Below are positions 7,862 through 15,908 of a DNA stretch of 32,000 nucleotides, one piece after another. The first letter of the stretch is position 1, and each line of letters starts with the position of its first letter. The position numbers and the translations under genes were made by a program. The DNA is from an uncultured bacterium (GTDB lineage: Bacteria > Margulisbacteria > WOR-1 > CAVSGV01): positions 1,620,001 through 1,652,000 of the forward strand of contig OY969425.1 of NCBI GenBank assembly GCA_963699255.1, in the 5' to 3' direction. The notes beneath the pieces are model-generated. The model did no database searches. It was not told the DNA's origin and was given only the letters and a program-made list of their open reading frames with translations.

Positions 7862-9853
7862 ATGGAAAAAGATATATTTAAACGATTGACTCCTGAGGAA
7901 GCTTTAAAATTAGCAAGCGAGCCTAAAAAGAAGGGCAAACTCAAGATATTCATCGGCTATGCGCCCGGCGTTGGGAAGACCTGGACGATGCTCAATGAGG
8001 GGAATCGCCGGCTTCAGAGAGGCGAGGATATCGTCATCGGATACGTTGAATCCCATGGAAGGGCGGAGACCGACAAGCAGATCGGCACGCTTCCGGTCAT
8101 TCCCAGAAAGAAAGTAGAATATGCCGGCAAGGTGATGGAAGAAATGGATGCCGACGCGATCATCAAGAGGCATCCGACCACGGCGCTCGTTGATGAAATG
8201 GCCCATACAAATGTTCTTGGATCAAAATACGCAAAACGATATGAAGATATCAATAGGATACTGGAAGCCGGAATAAACGTCATAACCACCCTCAACGTCC
8301 AGCACTTTGAAAGCCTGAACGACACCATCCAGCAGATAACGGGAGTTGTGGTAAGGGAGACCATCCCTGACATGATCGTTGAAAGCGCTGATGAAGTGGT
8401 CGCCGTTGATATCACGGTGGAAGCTCTCCTTAACAGGTTAAAAAGAGGGGACGTTTATAAAAAAGAAAATATCGACAATGCGCTCAGGAACTTTTTCAGG
8501 GAGGGCAACCTGAATGCCTTAAGGGAGATATCCCTGAGGCAGACGGCTCAGGAGGTGGATGAAGAGCTGGAAGAATACATGAAAGCGCACGGGATCGACG
8601 AGACCTGGCAGACGACCGAGCGCATAATGGTATGCATAAGCCCAAGTCCTAACGCGAAGAAACTTATCAGAAGAGGGGCTTTGATAGCAAGGCGTTACCG
8701 TGCTGAATGGTTCGTTGTTGCAGTGGAAAGCACAAGCTTGCTCGCCGCCAAATGGAGCCGTGAAGAAAAGGCGGAGCTGGAAACGAATTTCAAATTAGCC
8801 GGCCAGCTCGGGGCCAAGGCAGTTACCATGTCCGGCAGGAGCATTTCCGATGTGCTGTCGGGATTTGCTAAAGAAAAACACATCACCCAGATAGTCATTG
8901 GCCATTCCGAAAAAAGCATATTCCAATCATACTTTACCGGAACCACCACCAGCAAGCTACTGGGGCACACAAAGAACATCGCGATACATGTTATCCCAAC
9001 CACAAGGGATGTGCCCCCGTCCGCGAACAAGCTTGGCTGGGTCGATACCGCCATATCCGCCGAAATCACGATAAACGATTATTGGAAGATATTGTGGGTG
9101 ACCATCATAATAACCGTATTGAGCCTGATCATTTTGCCTTATGTCGGATACCAGGCGGTGGGATTCGTGTATTTATTGGCGGTGCTTATTTTAAGTTTAT
9201 TCATATCTCTTGTTCCGATAATCATTTTTGCGCTGCTCAGCGCGTTCGTCTGGGACTTCTTTTTCATTCCGCCCTTCGGGACCATCGCGATACTTAAAAA
9301 AGAGGACATAATAATGAGCATCGCGTTCATTATCACATCTATTATCACGGGATATCTTACGAGTAAAATAAGAAGAGATGAAAAGCTGCTTTCCATAAGA
9401 GAGGCAAGGATGGATACGATGTACAGGATCGTATCCGTTATCGCGGCCGCCAGGGACAGGCATTCGTGCATAAAGGACGTTGAAAAAGAAATAGAGACCA
9501 TACTTCCCGGAAAATGCAAAATATTCGTTAAGGAGGATGATATCGAGTTCGAGGGGTTATTGCGCAAAAGCATCGTTAACGATGAAAAAGAATTGTCAGT
9601 GGCCATGTGGGCTTATGAAAAGGGGAGGGCGGCCGGGTGGACATCGGATACTCTGTCGTTCGCAAAAGCGCTATATCTGCCGCTGAGAGGGCCTTCTGAG
9701 ACCGTCGGGGTTTTCTCCTACACGCCCGGAGGAGAAAAAGCGCTTTCTCAAGACGACATGAACATGCTTTTCGCGATATTGAATCAGCTTTCGATATTCC
9801 TTGAAAGGGAGCTTTTCAGGGAGCAGGCCGTTGGAGTTAAAAAGACCGGTTAG
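7862..9853 (+). CDS. kdpD: KdpD-like protein: KdpD N-terminal, Usp-like, DUF4118 TM and GAF-like regions, without HisKA/HATPase
   Basis: GYAPGVGKTWTMLNEG and ALVDEMAHTN...YAKRYEDI are KdpD Walker-like motifs; Usp-like ICVSPSPNAKKLIRRGA; four clustered TMs; ends at LSIFLERELFREQAVGVKKTG* with no SHDLRTPL-type H-box. Confidence 0.88.
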   Translation: MEKDIFKRLTPEEALKLASEPKKKGKLKIFIGYAPGVGKTWTMLNEGNRRLQRGEDIVIGYVESHGRAETDKQIGTLPVIPRKKVEYAGKVMEEMDADAIIKRHPTTALVDEMAHTNVLGSKYAKRYEDINRILEAGINVITTLNVQHFESLNDTIQQITGVVVRETIPDMIVESADEVVAVDITVEALLNRLKRGDVYKKENIDNALRNFFREGNLNALREISLRQTAQEVDEELEEYMKAHGIDETWQTTERIMVCISPSPNAKKLIRRGALIARRYRAEWFVVAVESTSLLAAKWSREEKAELETNFKLAGQLGAKAVTMSGRSISDVLSGFAKEKHITQIVIGHSEKSIFQSYFTGTTTSKLLGHTKNIAIHVIPTTRDVPPSANKLGWVDTAISAEITINDYWKILWVTIIITVLSLIILPYVGYQAVGFVYLLAVLILSLFISLVPIIIFALLSAFVWDFFFIPPFGTIAILKKEDIIMSIAFIITSIITGYLTSKIRRDEKLLSIREARMDTMYRIVSVIAAARDRHSCIKDVEKEIETILPGKCKIFVKEDDIEFEGLLRKSIVNDEKELSVAMWAYEKGRAAGWTSDTLSFAKALYLPLRGPSETVGVFSYTPGGEKALSQDDMNMLFAILNQLSIFLERELFREQAVGVKKTG

Positions 9854-9856
9854 ACG

Positions 9857-10669
9857 TCAACCCACGAATCTGTAAGTGTTTATCTCTTCCTTCAGTTTTC
9901 TCGCAGCCTGTCTCGCGGCGCCGGCAAAATCTTCTCCGGAAGACGCGAATATTATGTTCCTGGACGAATTGATTATCGCGCGTTCACCTTTTTTATTTAC
10001 GCCGTAGCGGACGGATAGGGGAAGGTCCCCCTGCTGGGCGCCTATGCCGGGGATCAGTATCGGCATTTCTCCCGCTATCTTCCTTATCTCTTTCAGCTCC
10101 TCCGGGTTCGTGGCGCCGACAACGAGACCGCAGTTGCCCGAGACATCCCATTCCTTTACGTGCTTTGCGACCAGCTTATACAACGGCTCCTCCTTGCCCA
10201 GCACCTGGAAGTCTTTATGCCCGACGTTCGAAGTAAGGCAGAGAATGAATATTCCCTTGTCCTTGTATTCAAGAAAAGGCTCGACGCTGTCATAACCCAT
10301 GTATGGATTGATGGTCGTCGCGTCCGCTTTATATATCTCAAAAACGGCTTTCGCGTAGGCCGAGGCGGTATGGCCCACATCGCCTCTTTTCGCGTCAAGT
10401 ATTATCGGTATGTCGTCGGACGCGTATTCGATCGTTTTTATCAGCGCCTGCATCCCGTATATGCCGTACATTTCGTAGAACGCTATGTTCGGTTTGTACG
10501 CGCAGACCAGGTCTTTGGTCGCGTCGATGATCGCCTTGTTGAAATCGAAGATGGGGTCTCCTTTGTTGAGGAGCGAAGCGGGGATCCTTTTCAGGTCTAT
10601 GTCCAGTCCGATGCAGAGAAGGGAATTGTTCTTCTTGACTGCGGCGTCGAGTTTTTCAGTGAATTTCAT
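9857..10669 (-). CDS. pyrF: Orotidine 5'-phosphate decarboxylase
   Basis: LCIGLDIDLKRIP, DAKRGDVGHTA, GYDSVEPFL, LVVGATNPEEL, PGIGAQQGD motifs of the long-form OMP decarboxylase. Confidence 0.95.
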   Translation of the reverse strand: MKFTEKLDAAVKKNNSLLCIGLDIDLKRIPASLLNKGDPIFDFNKAIIDATKDLVCAYKPNIAFYEMYGIYGMQALIKTIEYASDDIPIILDAKRGDVGHTASAYAKAVFEIYKADATTINPYMGYDSVEPFLEYKDKGIFILCLTSNVGHKDFQVLGKEEPLYKLVAKHVKEWDVSGNCGLVVGATNPEELKEIRKIAGEMPILIPGIGAQQGDLPLSVRYGVNKKGERAIINSSRNIIFASSGEDFAGAARQAARKLKEEINTYRFVG

Positions 10670-11190
10670 AACCCAAGCATGCTCTTAGTGAAGAGAGTTT
10701 TATACCGGTAGCCTGCCGCCTCTATGTTCTCCCTTGCGCCTTCCTCCCTGTCCAGTACGCCGATTATCATGACCACCTCAATGCCCGAGCGCTTCAGCTC
10801 GCTAGCCGCCGCTATGGCGGCCCCCGCGGTGGTCAGTATATCTTCAATAAGCACGATCTTATCTCCCTTGAACGCTTCCCCCTCGATCATCTTGGATGTG
10901 CCGTATCCTTTTTCTCCCTTGCGCACAATGATAAAAGGCTTTTTCACTTCCAGCGAAAGGGCGGTAGCAAGAGCGACAGCGCCAAGTTCCGGGCCGGCGA
11001 GGCGGTTGAACGAATCAGGCGGAGGAAGCATACCCGCAAGTTCCTTGGTTAGCGGTCCCAGGACTTCAGGTTTTGTCTCGAAAAGGTATTTGTCGAAGTA
11101 ATATTTACTTTTCCTTCCGGAACGAAGGGTGAAGTCGCCGGTCAAAAGGGCGACCTTTTTTATTAACGCGCCCAGCTCTTCTTTTGTCAT
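10666..11190 (-). CDS. pyrE: Orotate phosphoribosyltransferase
   Basis: LRSGRKSKYYFDKYLF, RKGEKGYGTSKMIEG, IVLIEDILTTAGAAIAAA (PRTase motif). Confidence 0.93.
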   Translation of the reverse strand: MTKEELGALIKKVALLTGDFTLRSGRKSKYYFDKYLFETKPEVLGPLTKELAGMLPPPDSFNRLAGPELGAVALATALSLEVKKPFIIVRKGEKGYGTSKMIEGEAFKGDKIVLIEDILTTAGAAIAAASELKRSGIEVVMIIGVLDREEGARENIEAAGYRYKTLFTKSMLGL

Positions 11191-12593
11191 TGGCCTTTGT
11201 TGTGCTTTTCTTTCATCGCGTCGCCTATGGTGACGGTCTTTTTCTCATGCACCGGTATCGTTTCGGTAGGTTCTTTGGGTTCCTCCTGAGAGGGCCCTTT
11301 ATTCGCGTCCTTTATGGACAGCCCTATTTTCTGCTCTTCAGGTATAACTTTCAGGACCTTTACGTCCACGACTTGTCCGACCGCGATCACGTCCTCCGGC
11401 CTGGTTATCGGCTTGTCCGATATCTCGGAAATGTGTATCAGGCCTTCGAGATTACCTTCAAGCTCGGCGAAAGCCCCGAATTTCACGAACCTCGCGATCT
11501 TCGCCTTTGTTATCTGGCCTGGTTTGTAAAGCTCCGCCGCGCTTACCCACGGATCCGGCTGCAGCTCTTTCAACCCGAGAGCGACTTTCTTGTTCTCCCT
11601 GTCGACCCCAAGCACGAATACATCCAGTTCCTGTCCGACCTTCAGTAGATCGGAAGGGTGGTTAACTCTTTTCCATGAAAGTTCCGTCAGGTGGATAAGC
11701 CCCTCGACCCCGCCCACATCCACGAACGCGCCGAAATTCTTTATGCTTGTTACCGTTCCGTGGCGAACCTGGCCGACCTCGAGCTCATCGAATATTTTGC
11801 TCGTCTCTGGCCGCGGCTTTTCCGCCGCGGCTATTTTATGGGACATTATTATTTTTCCCTGCCGGCGGTTTATTTCGATTATTTTTATCGGGATGGTCTT
11901 GCCGACAAAACTCTCTATCTGTTCATCAGCTTCCTTTGCCACCTGTGAGGCGGGAATAAAACCCCTGATCCCGTAATAATCAACGACGAGCCCGCCTTTA
12001 ACGGCGGAAGTGACCTTTGCTTCTACCGCTTTCCTGCTCTTGTACGCCTCATACGCCGTGCGCCATTTTTTTTCATAGTCGGCCTTTTTCCTTGAAAGGA
12101 TTATGCATCCTTCCTTGTCCTCGAGTTTTTCGATCAGGACATCGATCTTGTCGCCGACTTTTACGATGTCATTGATGTTGCTGAACGATCTGTCTGATAA
12201 TTCGGCGGGAGGTATAAAACCGTCAGATTTATAATTGATGTCCACAAGCACGCCGGAAGGATCCACTTTTACGACAGTTCCCTTAACGATGTCCCCCGGT
12301 CTGTAACTTTTGAACGTGGCTTCATAGCCCGCTTCTTCCGCCTGGCCTTCCTGAGGGACCTGCGCGAGGGGTTTTATCGCGGCCGGTTTTGCCGCAGGCC
12401 TGGGTTCTATGCTTATCGGGGTGGCCTTGAAACCTGATGCTTTTTCCTCTTCCTGCCTGCCGGTAGGCAAGGTTTTCGGGGCTGATTCGCTCTTTTTGTT
12501 CTCTGCCAGGGTCTCCCTTATCAACGCGTCTATGTCTTCTGTCGCTTTTTCCTTGAAACCTCCTAAAGATGTACCTTGAAACTCTTCTGCCAT
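11187..12593 (-). CDS. rpsA: 30S ribosomal protein S1 homolog with four S1 domains and a long N-terminal extension
   Basis: Four S1 repeats, e.g. GDIVKGTVVKVDPSGVLVDINYKSDGFIPPAELS and GTVTSIKNFGAFVDVGGVEGLIHLTELSWKRVNHP. Confidence 0.9.
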   Translation of the reverse strand: MAEEFQGTSLGGFKEKATEDIDALIRETLAENKKSESAPKTLPTGRQEEEKASGFKATPISIEPRPAAKPAAIKPLAQVPQEGQAEEAGYEATFKSYRPGDIVKGTVVKVDPSGVLVDINYKSDGFIPPAELSDRSFSNINDIVKVGDKIDVLIEKLEDKEGCIILSRKKADYEKKWRTAYEAYKSRKAVEAKVTSAVKGGLVVDYYGIRGFIPASQVAKEADEQIESFVGKTIPIKIIEINRRQGKIIMSHKIAAAEKPRPETSKIFDELEVGQVRHGTVTSIKNFGAFVDVGGVEGLIHLTELSWKRVNHPSDLLKVGQELDVFVLGVDRENKKVALGLKELQPDPWVSAAELYKPGQITKAKIARFVKFGAFAELEGNLEGLIHISEISDKPITRPEDVIAVGQVVDVKVLKVIPEEQKIGLSIKDANKGPSQEEPKEPTETIPVHEKKTVTIGDAMKEKHNKGQ

Positions 12594-12824
12594 ATGAATT
12601 CCTCCAGTGTGCCCGTTTTTAGTTGTTCAACTGCCGCATCAGGGCGTTTTTGTGGCAATTTTGCGTAACGAACCGCGCAATGGGGAATATTAGCATAGTT
12701 TTTTAGAGTTGGCAAGATTGATGAGGTTAGGTAGTTAGATATGGGAAGTGGGTTAGGAAGTGGGAGATTGGAAGTGCTCACACCTCAAACTTCAAACTTC
12801 TTGACCCAACTCTCATTTCCAATT

Positions 12825-13478
12825 TTATTTTTCTCTCCATCCGTATTTCCCGACCAGTGGGACGAACACGCAGCCTATCGACCCTTCAACTTCCAGCTTG
12901 CCGCCGCGCTTTGTAACAATGGTGAGGGTTTGAGAGAAGGCATCGCCGACAGGTATTACAAGTCTCCCGCCTTCGGATAGCTGGTCCGTGAGGGGCTTCG
13001 GGATCGAAGGAGCTCCCGCTGTTACCAATATTCCGTCGAAGGGCGCTTTTTCCGGCGATCCAAGCGTGCCGTCGCCGGAAGTCACGGTTATATTCTTGTA
13101 GCCGAGCTCTTCAAGAATTTTTTTTGACCTTTCTGCGAGTGAAGGGACCACTTCGATCGAATAAACTTCCTTTGCGATCTCAGCGAGGATGGCGGTCTGA
13201 TATCCTGAGCCGGTGCCTATCTCCAGGACTTTTTCCCCGCCTGAAAGGCCCAGCTTTTCGGTCATGATCGCGACCATGTACGGCTGGGAAATGGTCTGGC
13301 CGTCGCCGATGGGGAGCGCGCAGTCGTCGTAAGCCGAGGTTTCCATGCTTTTTGGGAGGAATTTATGGCGGGGGACCTTTCTCATAGCGTCCAGGACCAG
13401 CCTGTCGGATATCCCGCGGGAAATAAGCTGATCCTTCACCATTTCTTCCCGTATCTTCTTGAGAGATTGTTCGTCCAC
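12825..13478 (-). CDS. pcm: Protein-L-isoaspartate O-methyltransferase
   Basis: MVKDQLISRGISD, VPRHKFLP, DDCALPIGDGQTISQPYMVAIMTE, VLEIGTGSGYQTAILAE. Confidence 0.95.
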   Translation of the reverse strand: MDEQSLKKIREEMVKDQLISRGISDRLVLDAMRKVPRHKFLPKSMETSAYDDCALPIGDGQTISQPYMVAIMTEKLGLSGGEKVLEIGTGSGYQTAILAEIAKEVYSIEVVPSLAERSKKILEELGYKNITVTSGDGTLGSPEKAPFDGILVTAGAPSIPKPLTDQLSEGGRLVIPVGDAFSQTLTIVTKRGGKLEVEGSIGCVFVPLVGKYGWREK

Positions 13479-13508
13479 GGTTTATTATTCTACTCCCGAA
13501 TAAATCTC

Positions 13509-13536
13509 TTGACAAATATGCCTGTTAACATAAGAT
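13509..13536 (+). promoter_or_regulatory. Sigma70-like promoter TTGACA-N16-TAAGAT for the agmatinase gene
   Basis: TTGACA 13509-13514; TAAGAT 13531-13536; a candidate start codon follows at 13545. Confidence 0.4.
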
Positions 13537-13544
13537 TTATTTGT

Positions 13545-14369
13545 ATGGCGACATTCCTTGATATTGGAAAACCTTATACCGATTACAAGACGGCGAAGTT
13601 CATTATTGTGCCTGTTCCGTATGAGGAAACCGTTTCTTACGGCAAAGGAACAGGGAAGGGACCGGATGCGATCCTCAAGGCCTCACTTCATATTGAAGAT
13701 TATGATATCGACCTGGGCAGCGAGCCTTACAGGGCCGGGATACATGTGGCAAGGCCTATCAAGGCCGTTAAGGCCATTAAGGCGGAGGTCAGAAAGATCC
13801 TTGATGACAAAAAAATTCCCGTTTTGCTTGGCGGGGAGCACTCGATAACCCCTTTTGCCGTTGCCGCGTGCAGAGAAAAGCACAACAACCTGAGCATTCT
13901 TCAGTTCGATGCTCACGCCGACCTGAGGGATAAATACCACGGTTCCAAACAGAGCCACGCATGTGCGATGAGGAGGGTTCTGGAGATATGCCCCGCGGTC
14001 CAGGTCGGCATCAGGTCTATGTCAGTTTCAGAAGCCAAATTCGCCAGGGGATCGGGCCAGATAAGCAGGATACATCTTGCCCAGAAACTTGAGCTTGCGG
14101 AGATCGTTGTGGAACAGCTCTCCAAGGAAGTTTATATCACCTTCGATGTGGATGCGCTCGATCCGGGTATTATGCCTTCCACCGGAACTCCTGAGCCGGG
14201 AGGGTTCGATTATTATGAAGTGCTGGACCTGTTCGAAGCTGTGGCGCGGGAAAAGAACATAGTCGGATTTGATTTTGTAGAACTTGCCCCGATAAAAAAC
14301 CTGAATGCTCCCGATTTCACTATCGCGAAGCTTATTTATAAGCTGATGGGTTACTTAACCTCGAAATAA
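13545..14369 (+). CDS. speB: Agmatinase / arginase-family ureohydrolase (start 13545, or 13518 in the same frame)
   Basis: GGEHSITPFAV, FDAHADLRD, SHACAMRR, YITFDVDALDPGIMPSTGTPEPGG: complete metal-binding motifs. Confidence 0.92.
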   Translation: MATFLDIGKPYTDYKTAKFIIVPVPYEETVSYGKGTGKGPDAILKASLHIEDYDIDLGSEPYRAGIHVARPIKAVKAIKAEVRKILDDKKIPVLLGGEHSITPFAVAACREKHNNLSILQFDAHADLRDKYHGSKQSHACAMRRVLEICPAVQVGIRSMSVSEAKFARGSGQISRIHLAQKLELAEIVVEQLSKEVYITFDVDALDPGIMPSTGTPEPGGFDYYEVLDLFEAVAREKNIVGFDFVELAPIKNLNAPDFTIAKLIYKLMGYLTSK

Positions 14370-15777
14370 CTTTTTCTTTTCCCAGCACTTCCACGACATC
14401 ATAGATCCCTGGAGATTCAGCGCGTCCTGAAAGAAGCACCCTGGCAGGATGGATGATCTCGCCAAGCTTAACATTTAATTCTGCCGCCAGTTCTTTGAAA
14501 GCTTTTTCTATGTTCTCTCTTGTAAAAGGAGATGTTTTTGAGAGCCTCTCCATCAGCTTCGCGGCCATTTCTTTTGCCCCGGGTCTGTCCAGATACTTGG
14601 ACTTTGCTTCAGGATCGATCTTGAAATTATCCCTGAAGAAATATTCGGAAAGGGGAACTATCTCAAGGATCGTTTTGAGCCGGTCATGCAGGCACCTGAT
14701 GACCTTTTCAGCATAAGCCTTATCCGTTCCCGGGTAAGCCTGTTCTACGAACGGCATCGCAAGCGAAATGATCCTGTCGATATTCGAATCCTTGATATAG
14801 CGGGCGTTAAGCCAGTTAAGCTTGGTGAAATCGAATATTGCGCTCGTCTTCTGGACCTTTTCGACCGAGAACTTCTCGATGAGCTCGTCCCTTGAAAAGA
14901 TCTCCTGGTCCTTATATCCCCAGCCGAGCCTCGCGATATAATTGATCATCGCTTCCGGAAGGTAGCCCAGTTCCTTGTATTCGATCACGGATGTCGCGCC
15001 GTGGCGCTTTGACAGCCTGGCCTTGTCCTGTCCCATTATCATGGGGATGTGGGCGAACTTCGGCGGCGTTAATCCGAACGCCTGATAAAGAAGTATCTGC
15101 CTGGGAGTGTTGGACAGGTGATCATCGCCCCTTATGACGTGGGTTATCATCATCAGATGATCATCGACCACCGCCGCGAAATTATACGTCGGGAAACCGT
15201 CGGACTTGATCAGCACGAAATCGTCAAGAAGCTCGTTCTCGAAAGATACCTCGCCCCTGATCATGTCCTGGACGGTAGTGGTGCCCGTCATCGGGATCCT
15301 GAACCTTAAGACTTTTGGTTTGCCCGCTTTGAGATTCTTTTCGGTCTCATCTTTTCCCATTTTCCTGCATTTCCCCCCATACTTGGGGGCTTCTTTCCGC
15401 TGGGCCGCAAGACGCCTCTGCTCATCAAGTTCTTCGGGAGTGCAGAAGCAGTAATAAGCTTTGCCTTCCTTTATGAGTTTTTCAGCCCATTCATTGTATG
15501 TGTTCAATCTCTGAGTCTGGAAATAAGGGCCGAAATCCCCTCCGACGTCGGGCCCTTCATCCCAGTCTATCCCGAGCCATTCCAGGCCGTCCAGGATCGC
15601 CTTCACGGCTTCTTCGGTAGACCTTGTCCTGTCGGTGTCTTCTATCCTGAGAATGAAAACGCCTTTGTTCCTCCTGGCAAAGAGCCAGTTATATAAAGCC
15701 GTCCTGGCGCCGCCGATGTGAAGATATCCCGTGGGGGACGGAGCGAAACGGACCCTTACCAATTCTTGATTTACCAT
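14332..15777 (-). CDS. gltX: Glutamyl-tRNA synthetase
   Basis: VRFAPSPTGYLHIGGARTALYNWLFAR (HIGH) and KLSKRHGATSV (KMSKS-like). Start taken as MVNQELVRV at 15777 rather than the longer ORF start. Confidence 0.96.
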   Translation of the reverse strand: MVNQELVRVRFAPSPTGYLHIGGARTALYNWLFARRNKGVFILRIEDTDRTRSTEEAVKAILDGLEWLGIDWDEGPDVGGDFGPYFQTQRLNTYNEWAEKLIKEGKAYYCFCTPEELDEQRRLAAQRKEAPKYGGKCRKMGKDETEKNLKAGKPKVLRFRIPMTGTTTVQDMIRGEVSFENELLDDFVLIKSDGFPTYNFAAVVDDHLMMITHVIRGDDHLSNTPRQILLYQAFGLTPPKFAHIPMIMGQDKARLSKRHGATSVIEYKELGYLPEAMINYIARLGWGYKDQEIFSRDELIEKFSVEKVQKTSAIFDFTKLNWLNARYIKDSNIDRIISLAMPFVEQAYPGTDKAYAEKVIRCLHDRLKTILEIVPLSEYFFRDNFKIDPEAKSKYLDRPGAKEMAAKLMERLSKTSPFTRENIEKAFKELAAELNVKLGEIIHPARVLLSGRAESPGIYDVVEVLGKEKVISRLSNPSAYK

Positions 15778-15823
15778 GGGTATGAGTATACAATAACAAA
15801 AATCAATTACCAATTACAAATTT

Positions 15824-15908
15824 CAAATGACAAATAAATCATTAAATGACAAATCAATAAATTTTAACCTATTTGGATTTTTCAGATTCATTTGGGTTTT
15901 GTCATTTG
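15824..15908. repeat. AT-rich intergenic repeat: AAATGACAAAT twice, with distal inverted partner TTTGTCATTTG
   Basis: CAAATGACAAA 15824-15834; second AAATGACAAAT 15844-15854; TTTGTCATTTG 15898-15908, the exact reverse complement of the first. Confidence 0.6.

Noticed and set aside
8014-8415. 133-aa antisense ORF in kdpD, and other antisense ORFs in the kdp region (e.g. 5154-5819, 4225-4758, 6510-6962)
   Set aside because: Mirror ORFs in high-scoring coding DNA, with no RBS or recognisable domain.
9857-12593. Prophage, plasmid or other mobile element signs in the left half
   Set aside because: All genes are chromosomal housekeeping or transport types; no integrase, transposase, tRNA or terminal repeat seen.
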